From a virus (lineage: Duplodnaviria; Caudoviricetes), in IMG/VR virus record IMGVR_UViG_3300013004_000122, positions 1 through 31,393 of that record: a DNA stretch of 31,393 nucleotides. One strand, written 5' to 3'. Positions 1 to 8,448 of the stretch are shown piece by piece (within the stretch, counting starts at the first letter, position 1; each line of letters begins with the position of its first letter). The position numbers and the translations under genes were made by a program. Below the pieces are notes generated by a model, which saw nothing but the letters and a program-made list of their open reading frames with translations, was not told the origin of the DNA and ran no database searches.

Positions 1-218
1 CTGACGAAGGTTCTGGCAAAGACAAGAACGACGAAAAAGAGCCTGAAACTCCAGAAGGAGAAAAGAAAGCTGAAGAAACTGCTGCTGATGTTCAAGCATC
101 TGCTGAAGATAAAGCTGAAGGCGCTGGCGGCGAAGATAAAGAAGTTGAAAAGGATAATCCAGAAGGGAGCGACGAAGAAGATAAAGACGACGATAAAGAC
201 GACGATAAAGACGACTAG
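1..218 (+). CDS. 3' end of a gene with a highly acidic low-complexity C-terminus (partial, starts before the window)
   Basis: The frame starting at nt 3 reads DEGSGKDKNDEKEPETPEGEKKAEETAADVQASAEDKAEGAGGEDKEVEKDNPEGSDEEDKDDDKDDDKDD, then TAG at 216-218. A terminator hairpin follows. Confidence 0.8.
   Translation, partial: DEGSGKDKNDEKEPETPEGEKKAEETAADVQASAEDKAEGAGGEDKEVEKDNPEGSDEEDKDDDKDDDKDD
180..215 (+). repeat. 12-bp tandem repeat (GATAAAGACGAC x3) encoding DKDD x3
   Basis: Directly visible in the sequence. Confidence 0.9.
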
Positions 219-243
219 TAATTTTCATCCTTACATAGATTTT

Positions 244-280
244 AACAAATGGGAGCGTAACCGCTCCCATTTGTTGTCTT
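244..280 (+). terminator. Rho-independent terminator
   Basis: Perfect 14-bp inverted repeat AACAAATGGGAGCG-TAAC-CGCTCCCATTTGTT (244-275) with a T-rich 3' end, just after the stop at 218. Confidence 0.8.
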
Positions 281-284
281 ATAG

Positions 285-313
285 GAACTAAAGTAAATTC
301 ACTGAATATAAAC
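285..313 (+). promoter_or_regulatory. Putative middle-type promoter (AAC-N18-TATAA)
   Basis: GAACT...GAATATAAAC. The same motif and spacing recur upstream of five other genes. Confidence 0.6.
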
Positions 314-336
314 ATAAATTAAAAATCTAAAGTATC

Positions 337-1758
337 TTGAAGTCTAAAGTATATCCTCTAAACATTTCGCGGCAAATCGATACAAACTTCAGAAATTACG
401 CTCTGTATGTTTTAGAAAATCGCGGTATCCCATCTTTTTATGATGGGCTCACAAATGTTCAACGATTCATTGTGTTGAACGCGCCACATAACTATAACAA
501 GACTATCTCTTTGGTAGGTTCTTGTATATCTGATGGCTATCACCACGGAGACAAATCTTTATCAGGTGCTATTAATAAACTAGCTCGACCTTTTGGTAAC
601 AGTGAACAACTTTTACAAGGAGACGGTTTCTTTGGTACTCCTGTTAATCATGAACCAGCTGCTGCTCGTTATACATCTGTAAAGATTAACCCTAAGATTG
701 CTGAAATGATTCGTAAGAGTGAATTCTTAAATCATAAGAATGAAGAATCTACATGGGATCCACTTTGGGTTGATTTGCCAATCGGATTAACTAACACAAT
801 CGTAGGTATTGCGGTAGGTTACAAAACAACTGTTCTTCCTCGAGATCTGGGTGATATTCAAAAGTATCTTGACGGGAAAGTTAAAGAAGTTAAACCTAAG
901 TTTAAAAACTTTAGTGGTCGCATTACTAGATATAAAGGAATGGATAAGTCCTGGTTAATTGAAGGTATTTCCGAAAGAAACGATGGTGCAAGAACTATTC
1001 GTATCCTTGAGTTACCACCTTTAATGAAGTATGGTTCTTTTCTAAAAAGATTAGAAAACCTAATTACTAATCACACGGTTAAACTTACAAATAACTCTTC
1101 CACTAACGTAGATATTCTTTTACAGTTTAGCGGTACTAAAGAAGAATGGCCAATCTTTGCTGAAGCGGTTGAGAAATCGATTAAGATGCTGGTTACAGAA
1201 ACACCGGTATTTGTAAAAGACGGTCTTGTTCTTGAATATGACCGTATTGAAGATTACATTGATGATTTCCGATATCGTCTTGCTCAACTTCGAGTAAAAA
1301 GACTTGAACACTTTAAGCAGTTAAATGATGATGAACTTATGTTCTTAATCTTTAAAGAAAAGTATTTACTTTACATGCTTGAAGGAAAGAAAACTAAAAT
1401 GTTAACTGATGAAGAAGTTAACACTTTCTTAAATGATCTAACAAAAGGATATCCACATATCCGTCGTCGCCTTGATGCAATCTTACTTAAATCTTTAACA
1501 GAACAAGAATTGCAAAGAGTGCGTGATCGCATCAAAGAATTAACCGAAGAACTTAAAAAACAAATAATAGAACTAGCTGCGGCCAGAGAAACTCTAGGCG
1601 GCATGACAGACACTGCCTTGAAACGTGGTACACAAAACCGCAGCAACTCAACAGTTGATCTATTTGCCGATGAAGATGAAATCGATGGAATAGCAGTATT
1701 TGGTAACATAAACAATAATGAAGACGATGATAATTCCTCCTCCGACACCGAGTATTAA
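337..1758 (+). CDS. gp52: Type II DNA topoisomerase, GyrA/ParC-like subunit (T4 gp52-like)
   Basis: RGIPSFYDGLTNVQR, YHHGD, active-site AARYT, GIAVGY motifs; acidic C-terminal tail; TTG start. Confidence 0.92.
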   Translation: MKSKVYPLNISRQIDTNFRNYALYVLENRGIPSFYDGLTNVQRFIVLNAPHNYNKTISLVGSCISDGYHHGDKSLSGAINKLARPFGNSEQLLQGDGFFGTPVNHEPAAARYTSVKINPKIAEMIRKSEFLNHKNEESTWDPLWVDLPIGLTNTIVGIAVGYKTTVLPRDLGDIQKYLDGKVKEVKPKFKNFSGRITRYKGMDKSWLIEGISERNDGARTIRILELPPLMKYGSFLKRLENLITNHTVKLTNNSSTNVDILLQFSGTKEEWPIFAEAVEKSIKMLVTETPVFVKDGLVLEYDRIEDYIDDFRYRLAQLRVKRLEHFKQLNDDELMFLIFKEKYLLYMLEGKKTKMLTDEEVNTFLNDLTKGYPHIRRRLDAILLKSLTEQELQRVRDRIKELTEELKKQIIELAAARETLGGMTDTALKRGTQNRSNSTVDLFADEDEIDGIAVFGNINNNEDDDNSSSDTEY

Positions 1759-2353
1759 TACTTCTCCACGCTCAAGAAGGGCTGATGAAGACGAATCAAT
1801 TAGCAGTAATGTATCTGTATTACATGACCACATTTATTTTTACGCCCCGGTTACACCGGAATCTGCAATGGAACTAAATAGAACCTTGCAAGATTTATCT
1901 ATGAGACTTGCGCCTACCGCATTTAGCTCAATGCAGGAAATTGGTTCACCTAGCCCAATTTGGTTACACATCAATTCATACGGTGGTGAGGTTTTTTCAT
2001 CTTTTGCAATAGCTGATACTATTGAAAGAATATCTCAAATAGTTCCTGTGGTAACAATCGTAGAAGGCTGTGCTGCGTCAGGCGCTACATTCATGTCAGT
2101 AGCTGGAAAAAAAAGATTAATGAGAAAGAATGGCTTTATGCTGGTTCATGAATTAAATGATCGTGCTTGGGGTCGTTTTACCGAATTAAAAGATAACATG
2201 ACAAGCAATGTAGAGATTATGAAAACTATTAAAGCTTGGTATAAAGAAAAGACTAAAATACCAGATGCTGAAATGGACAAAATCTTGGCACATGACATTT
2301 GGTGGAATGCTAAGAAGTGCTTGAAATACGGGCTTATTGATGCAATTATCTAA
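1718..2353 (+). CDS. clpP: ClpP-like serine protease (Clp protease proteolytic subunit)
   Basis: LHINSYGGEV, GCAASGATFMSVAG (catalytic Ser), FMLVHE (His), DIWWNAKKCLKYGLIDAI. Confidence 0.85.
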   Translation: MKTMIIPPPTPSINTSPRSRRADEDESISSNVSVLHDHIYFYAPVTPESAMELNRTLQDLSMRLAPTAFSSMQEIGSPSPIWLHINSYGGEVFSSFAIADTIERISQIVPVVTIVEGCAASGATFMSVAGKKRLMRKNGFMLVHELNDRAWGRFTELKDNMTSNVEIMKTIKAWYKEKTKIPDAEMDKILAHDIWWNAKKCLKYGLIDAII

Positions 2354-2382
2354 AAACCAAATACACTAATCTGAATATAAAC
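2354..2382 (+). promoter_or_regulatory. Putative middle-type promoter (AAC-N18-TATAA)
   Basis: AAACC...GAATATAAAC; AAC ends at 2357, TATAA starts at 2376. Confidence 0.6.
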
Positions 2383-2404
2383 AATAAATTAAAAATAAAT
2401 CTAA

Positions 2405-3154
2405 ATGAGCAATCAAATTCAATTACACCTGCAGTCGTCTGATGAACTGAACAATTTCTTAAAACGTTTCTCTGGAATTTCTGGAAGCTTACTAATCGAA
2501 ATGGAAGATGGTTATATCAAGGCTAAAACTCACACGCCTGAAAGATCAGTTGTGAAATCGTCTAAAATGGAATTAAACAGAATATTTAATTTAAGTGGTG
2601 ATACCATAGAGATTGAAACTTCTATGTTTGGCGTATATTCATTAGACCGTTTAATGAAATCCTTTTCTCACTTTGGTGATAGTAAAATTGAGTTTAACTT
2701 GACTACTGAAAAAACACCAGAAGGAACTGTTGGTACTGATCTTACATTAAAAAATGATTCACTTGACATTAACTATCAATGTGCATCTTTAAGATTATTC
2801 ACTCACATTACAGATGAGATGATGGATCGTATTGCAGACAACGCTTCTTCTCAAACAAGCTTTGTTCTTACAAAAGAATTACAAGCAAGAATTAACTCTC
2901 TTACATCTCTTGATCCTGACCAAAAATTGTTAACTATTAATGTTAAGAATGGCGTGGTTAAAGCAAGTGGTAAATCATTTAACTTAAACTTGTTAAACAT
3001 TGATGATACATCCGCTAATTTATCAATCTCCGTTTACAAATCTCAATTTGCATATCTTGATAAAGAAGATACAATGGTTTATATGAACGAAGATCGTTTA
3101 ATCTTCCATTCTATCGAGACAGACACAAAAATGATAATTGGAAAAGCCGATTAG
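2405..3154 (+). CDS. Probable DNA polymerase sliding clamp (gp45/PCNA-like)
   Basis: 249 aa, acidic, with a two-fold repeated helix/beta-strand pattern typical of clamp monomers; lies directly upstream of the polymerase. No diagnostic motif. Confidence 0.55.
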   Translation: MSNQIQLHLQSSDELNNFLKRFSGISGSLLIEMEDGYIKAKTHTPERSVVKSSKMELNRIFNLSGDTIEIETSMFGVYSLDRLMKSFSHFGDSKIEFNLTTEKTPEGTVGTDLTLKNDSLDINYQCASLRLFTHITDEMMDRIADNASSQTSFVLTKELQARINSLTSLDPDQKLLTINVKNGVVKASGKSFNLNLLNIDDTSANLSISVYKSQFAYLDKEDTMVYMNEDRLIFHSIETDTKMIIGKAD

Positions 3155-3251
3155 TCTAAACCATACCTAACATTTTAATGTAGAAAAGAAACTGCCTTAA
3201 AAGGGTGGGAAACACAAAGAAAAAGACAAGAAGTGCTTAAAAAAACAAATA

Positions 3252-4433
3252 ATGAAATACTGCAAGATCGACCCAAGCAACGCTTCAAAGGATGAGATCG
3301 TAGCAGAGATTAATCGTCTTACGCTCTTCATGAACTTGAAAAAAAATGAAGAGCAGGCAATAAAGATCTTTATTAACTCTATTTATGGTGCCACTGCATC
3401 ACCATACTTTGTCGGATATAATGTACGAGTTGCTGAAGCAATTACTTTGCAAGGGCAAGAAGTTCGTGATTATGGCTCAAAAATCTTTAACCGTTACTTC
3501 ATGGAATTTTGGCACCGTGATAAAGATTTGCACAAAGCTCTTGGAATAACAAGAGCAGAAAAGGTAAAAGAAGAAGTAACGGTTTATGGTGATACCGATT
3601 CCGTGTATATTACATTTCAAGATATTGTAAAAGGATGCGATTGGGAAGGCGATCCTCGTCAACTCCTTTTACAGATCTACAAAAACAGAGTTCGTGATTA
3701 CATAGAAAAATCTTATACCACTTATGCAACTCAAACAGGCACTGTTAACATTCAAGATTTGGAAATGGAAACTATTTCATATTCAGCAATTTTCTTGAAG
3801 AAAAAGAAATACTGTTTGGATCTTTCATGGAAAGACGGCGAAGGTGATGGTGTCTTTTATGAACAACAAAAGAAAATCAAAGCGGTAGGCGTGGAAATTG
3901 TTCAATCATCAACACCAGCATTTGCTAGGAATAAGATGAAAGAGCTACTTAAGATAATTTTCCAAGAAAGAGGCAAACTTAATTTAAGAAACTTTGCTGA
4001 CCTTCTCAAAAAAGAAAAGCAATCATTCATGCTTGACAATATTGAAAATGTTTCAATGTCATCAAGTATTTCTGATTATGAAAAAGGAATTGGTGATGAC
4101 CGTAAACAGCTGGTTATAAATGACCACTGTCCAATGCATGTCCGTTCTGCGGGTTATCATAATTACTTATTAAACCAAAGTAAGTGGAAAACAAAATATC
4201 AGCTGATTAAATCTGGTGATAAGATTCGATATTACTATGCAAAAACTGATAGAGGAGCCGGTGAAAATGTATTTGGCTATCTACCCGGTAACTATCCAAT
4301 TGAAATAGCACCTCCTGTTGATTATGATATGCAATTTGCTAAATGTATTATTGATCCTCTTAATCGGTTTATCTCAGCAATTGGTCTCCCACCTATTTCA
4401 TCTGAACTAATTGTAAGAACACAACTATTCTAA
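3252..4433 (+). CDS. gp43: Family B DNA polymerase, C-terminal part only (fingers-palm-thumb; gp43B-like)
   Basis: KIFINSIYG (motif B), YGDTDS (motif C), KKKY, GVEIVQSSTP. No exonuclease domain and no motif A (DxxSLYPS); only 393 aa. Confidence 0.88.
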   Translation: MKYCKIDPSNASKDEIVAEINRLTLFMNLKKNEEQAIKIFINSIYGATASPYFVGYNVRVAEAITLQGQEVRDYGSKIFNRYFMEFWHRDKDLHKALGITRAEKVKEEVTVYGDTDSVYITFQDIVKGCDWEGDPRQLLLQIYKNRVRDYIEKSYTTYATQTGTVNIQDLEMETISYSAIFLKKKKYCLDLSWKDGEGDGVFYEQQKKIKAVGVEIVQSSTPAFARNKMKELLKIIFQERGKLNLRNFADLLKKEKQSFMLDNIENVSMSSSISDYEKGIGDDRKQLVINDHCPMHVRSAGYHNYLLNQSKWKTKYQLIKSGDKIRYYYAKTDRGAGENVFGYLPGNYPIEIAPPVDYDMQFAKCIIDPLNRFISAIGLPPISSELIVRTQLF

Positions 4434-4450
4434 AATAATAACTAAATAAC

Positions 4451-5713
4451 ATGGCTAAAACACTTTCTTTTACAGATCTTGACTCCGCTTTAACTAAAGT
4501 AAATGACAAAGGATCTATCATTACTATTAATACTTTTTCAAAGATTGATGAGTGGATAGGTACGGGTAACTATTTACTTAATGCACAATTAAGTGGAAGT
4601 TTATTCGGAGGTTATCCAAACTCTAGATCAATCTGCGTCGCAGGCGAATCGGGTACTGGCAAGACTTTCTTAACCCTAAACGCTTGCCGTGAGGCACAAA
4701 AAATGGGTTATAACATCATTTACATGGACTCTGAGGCTGCGGTAGATGAGGATATCATTAAAAACTTTGGTGTTAATCCTGAAGCATTCCGTTACCAACC
4801 AGTAAGTACGCCTCAAGAAGTAAGACACTTTGTTGCTAATCTTTGTGATACATTAAAGAAAGCAAAAGACAAAGGAACTGAACTTCCAAAAATCATGCTT
4901 GTACTTGACTCATTAGGAAACCTTGCTACTAACAAGGAAAGAACCGATGCTATGAGTGGCAGTGAGAAAAAGGACATGACAAAGCAACAAGAACTACGTT
5001 CTTTATTCCGTGTAATTACAACGGATCTTGCTGAAATGAAAATTCCTTTTATTTTTACCAATCACACATATGCTTCTATCGGTTCATTTATTCCGGGGCA
5101 AACAATTTCTGGAGGAGGTGGAGCAATCTATAATGCGTCAGTAATCTTACAACTTTCTAAAGCTGGTCTTAAAGAAGGTGGCGATGAAGCCGCAGCCGCT
5201 GGTGTTCAAAAGACAGGTATCGTTGTAACATCAAAACCCGCTAAGAATCGTTTTGCTCGCCCAATTCCCGTTAAGTTCCATATCAGTTTCTATAAAGGTA
5301 TGAATCCATATGTTGGATTAGAAACCTTTATTAATTGGGAAAACTGTGGTATTCAACGTGGTAAGATTCTTGACCAAAAAGTATTTGATAAGTACGTTGT
5401 TGGTAAACCTGCTGAGGCAATCATTGCGCCAACTCGTTGGGAACACATAATGGAAGATGGCACAGTAAAGGTATTCTATCTTGAACCAAAAGAAACTGCA
5501 AGAACAATTGTAGTACGTCATCTTGGATGCGAAGTAAAACCAAATGAATTGTTTACATCCAAAGTAATTACTGAAGATGTTCTTCGAGAACTTGATGAAA
5601 AAATCATTAAGAAAATGTTCATGCTTCCAAATATTGCTGATCTTAGCGAACTTGAGGATATGGAAATTGCTGATGATGTATTAGATACTGAAATTGACAA
5701 CAATGAGGATTAA
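4451..5713 (+). CDS. uvsX: RecA/UvsX-like recombinase
   Basis: Walker A GESGTGKT, YMDSEAA, Walker B LVLDSLGNL, FIFTNHTY, SGGGGAIYNAS, KNRF. Confidence 0.92.
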   Translation: MAKTLSFTDLDSALTKVNDKGSIITINTFSKIDEWIGTGNYLLNAQLSGSLFGGYPNSRSICVAGESGTGKTFLTLNACREAQKMGYNIIYMDSEAAVDEDIIKNFGVNPEAFRYQPVSTPQEVRHFVANLCDTLKKAKDKGTELPKIMLVLDSLGNLATNKERTDAMSGSEKKDMTKQQELRSLFRVITTDLAEMKIPFIFTNHTYASIGSFIPGQTISGGGGAIYNASVILQLSKAGLKEGGDEAAAAGVQKTGIVVTSKPAKNRFARPIPVKFHISFYKGMNPYVGLETFINWENCGIQRGKILDQKVFDKYVVGKPAEAIIAPTRWEHIMEDGTVKVFYLEPKETARTIVVRHLGCEVKPNELFTSKVITEDVLRELDEKIIKKMFMLPNIADLSELEDMEIADDVLDTEIDNNED

Positions 5714-6008
5714 TCCCAATAAACTTGAAGTTAAGTATGCCCTGGAACTATATATGGAAGTTCCAGGGTTTCCTTCACAACAGGATATTCTTTACGTTAT
5801 GATTCGTTCTCTTGAAGACCAGGATTTAATAGATAAAGAATTTAACCCTGATAATATGTGGAGTGCTCTTCGAACATGCTTTGGAACTATTACAGAAATT
5901 CGTGAGTTTCTAAATTCAATCTCTGAAGGAGATGAACCTTATTTAGAAAAAACCAAACAAGATAAACGGGGTGGCTATTTTAGGCTTATTAGAAACCCGT
6001 GGATGTAA
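5703..6008 (+). CDS. Hypothetical protein (about 101 aa), possibly winged-helix-like
   Basis: ORF overlaps the uvsX stop; ATG at 5703 preferred to TTG at 5694. It occupies the position between uvsX and gene 41, as T4 gene 40 does, but no homology was recognised. Confidence 0.6.
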   Translation: MRINPNKLEVKYALELYMEVPGFPSQQDILYVMIRSLEDQDLIDKEFNPDNMWSALRTCFGTITEIREFLNSISEGDEPYLEKTKQDKRGGYFRLIRNPWM

Positions 6009-6180
6009 ACTAAATAACTTTATTAGGTATATAACAGTCAAGAACTTTAGGATTATTTATGCGTTTCATTATGTATGATCTTGACTTAGAAAGTTTATTA
6101 AATTTATGTATCAAAAAACTAACATAACAAATTTGTATAAAATAATAAAATACATTCATTAACAATTAAATCTTAATCCC

Positions 6181-6903
6181 ATCGTAGCTACACACTTAGA
6201 AAAGATATTTTTTCACTATCTCCTTGAGAGACGGGAACTACTTGGGATTGTAAAATCCAGGTTTTTTGAAACAGCGGACATTCGCAAAATCTATGAAGTA
6301 ATTCAAGAGTTCGCAGAAAAGTACAACGAAACTCCATCTAAATCTCAAATCAATGAGTTGATTAAGATGAAGGGTTTATCCGAGGATCTTGATACTACCA
6401 AGATTGATTACTTATACGAGGTTAACCTTAAAGAATACGAAGAAGATTGGTTAAGAGAAACGGCAGAATCTTGGATTGAATATAAGAATCTTGACTTATC
6501 AGTTTTTGATCTTTTAAACTATTTAAAAACTACTAAGGTTACAACTGAAAACGTTAAAGATGTTGTTCAGAATGCAAAGAATATCATAACCGAAAGAAAT
6601 AACATACAATTTAACTTTGATGAAGGTCTTGACTTCTTTAATCCTGAATCTCACTTACAACCAGCAACTGATACTTTTAGTTCAGGTATTCCTATGGTGG
6701 ATCTCGTTCTTGGTGGAGGCTGGTATTCAAAAGCTCTATTTTGTTTCATAGGTGAAATGAAAATTGGTAAATGTTCTTCTTATGAAACAGACATTACCGT
6801 TCGAAATAAGAAAACTGGCTTAATTGAAACCATACAAGTTGGCGACTTTCATAAACGATTCATAAATGGAATTGGCACTTTTGATTCCCATGAAGTTGTA
6901 TAA
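6181..6903 (+). CDS. gp41: Replicative helicase (gp41/DnaB-like) N-terminal half fused to a 43-aa N-intein; probable ATC start
   Basis: The frame is open from 6163. IVATHLEKIFFHYLL...FFETADIRKIYEVIQEFAEKYNETPS resembles the gp41 N-terminus. Then SSGIPMVDLVLGGG and a truncated Walker A GEMKIGK, followed by intein Cys1. Confidence 0.85.
   Translation: MVATHLEKIFFHYLLERRELLGIVKSRFFETADIRKIYEVIQEFAEKYNETPSKSQINELIKMKGLSEDLDTTKIDYLYEVNLKEYEEDWLRETAESWIEYKNLDLSVFDLLNYLKTTKVTTENVKDVVQNAKNIITERNNIQFNFDEGLDFFNPESHLQPATDTFSSGIPMVDLVLGGGWYSKALFCFIGEMKIGKCSSYETDITVRNKKTGLIETIQVGDFHKRFINGIGTFDSHEVV
6772..6900 (+). mobile_element. Split intein, N-terminal fragment (IntN, 43 aa)
   Basis: CSSYETDITVRNKKTGLIETIQVGDFHKRF... 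is an intein block A starting right after the Walker A Lys; stop at 6901-6903. Confidence 0.88.
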
Positions 6904-6920
6904 ATTTTCATTTCTCCAAT

Positions 6921-6929
6921 GAATATATA
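6921..6929 (+). promoter_or_regulatory. Putative late promoter (GAATATATA) for the endonuclease gene
   Basis: Same motif as upstream of the virion genes; 15 nt before the ATG at 6945. Confidence 0.5.
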
Positions 6930-6944
6930 CAATAAACAAAACCT

Positions 6945-8036
6945 ATGGCTAGATTTAACCCAAGATCAGTAGAACAACAAATGGAAAGACACAACATTTC
7001 CAGAGAAGAAGCGGAAGTTAAAGTAGCAAAAGTTATTGCAAACAAAGCAGCAAGTAATCCATATTCTGTTGAAGTGCAGATGAAAAGATATAGCCTTACA
7101 CGTGAAGAAGCTGAAATTAAAGTTACTGAACTAAAGCAAAAAACTGCAACTGGCCATCTTATAGCAGATCCACAATGGCAAATGAAAAGATTTGGACTTT
7201 CACAAGAAGAAGCTGAATTAAAGGTAAAAGATGCATATACTCGACGAGGAAGATCCACTTCTCGCAAGAAAAATGAAAACCCTGCATCTCATTTTAATAC
7301 AATTGAATATTGGAAAAGTAAAGGGCTATCTAATGAAGAGGCAAAGATTAAAAAGACTGAGCATATACAAAAAATGCAATTAGCATTTCAGGAAGAAATG
7401 CATACTAACCCCTCTCAATATATTGGCAGAACGCCTCTTGAATTAGAATATTGGTTAAATAAAGGTTATTCAGTTGAAGAAGCTACACTCTTACGTAAAG
7501 AAAGACAAAGAACATTTACATTAGAAAAATGCATTGCTAAATATGGTGAAGAAATAGGTTTTGATATGTGGAGAACTCGCAATATAAAGTGGAGCTCTAA
7601 AATGGAAAGAATGTACAAAAACGGTGAGTTTACAAGATTTTGTAAACATAATTATTCAAATAGTGAACTCAATTTTGTTAATGATCTTCTTAGCCATTAT
7701 AAGCCAAGCACTACATTCTATTGTGCACTCCCAGGCAATAAACAATTCTTTAGACATTTTAAAGATGAAGGTATAACACTCGCGTATGATTTTGTGTGCG
7801 GGAAAAAAATCATAGAATTTAACGGGGATTACTGGCATTGTAATCCTTTTATTTATGAGCCTACATATTTTCATAAGTTTATGAAATGCTCAGCGCAGGA
7901 AAAGTGGGACATTGATAAAAAGAAAATAGAATTAGCAGAATCTTATGGTTATGAAGTTCTTGTTATTTGGGAATCTGAATACCAAAAAAATAAGGAACTA
8001 ACTATCAACAAATGTATAGAATATTTAACAAACTAA
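6945..8036 (+). mobile_element. Free-standing homing endonuclease, Vsr/DUF559-like C-terminal nuclease with N-terminal helical repeats
   Basis: C-terminal YDFVCGKKIIEFNGDYWHCNP...DKKKIELAESYGYEVLVIWESE; N-terminal repeats QMxRxxLSxEEAExKV and EYWxxKGxSxEEA. Sits between the two intein halves. Confidence 0.82.
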
Positions 8037-8046
8037 AAATAATTTA

Positions 8047-8448
8047 ATGAAGTTTAATCAAAAACTTGAAGCAGAAAGACCATTTAAAAAGTTTATTGAA
8101 ACTTTTACGTTTGGCGATAGTAATGAAGAATACGAGGTTCTTACAGATACGGGTTGGGCTGATATTAAAGCAATAGGAAAAACAGTTGAATACGAAGTTT
8201 GGTCTCTTAAAACTCTAAATCATTCATTAAGAGCGGCAGATACACATATTGTATTTAAAAAGAATTTAAGTGGTTGGTTTGAAGAAGTATTTCTTAATGA
8301 ATTAGCTATTGGAGACACTATACTAACTGAATCTGGTGAAGAGCTGGTTTTATCAATTGTAAATACATTTAAAATAGAAAATATGTATGATTTACAACTA
8401 ATGAATGATAATCGTAGATATTATACAAACGGTATTCTTAGCCATAAT
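8047..8448 (+). mobile_element. Split intein, C-terminal fragment (IntC, 134 aa)
   Basis: YEVLTDTGW, block B LRAADTHIV, block F MYDLQL, block G YYTNGILSHN/S. No LAGLIDADG domain. Confidence 0.9.

Noticed and set aside
88-291. Track ORF of 67 aa (MFKHLLKIK...)
   Set aside because: It is an alternative frame of the acidic ORF ending at 218 and runs through the terminator hairpin.
6904-8046. Group I intron explanation for the helicase interruption
   Set aside because: Only about 40 nt and 10 nt of non-coding sequence flank the endonuclease, too little for a ribozyme core, and intein motifs explain the junction.
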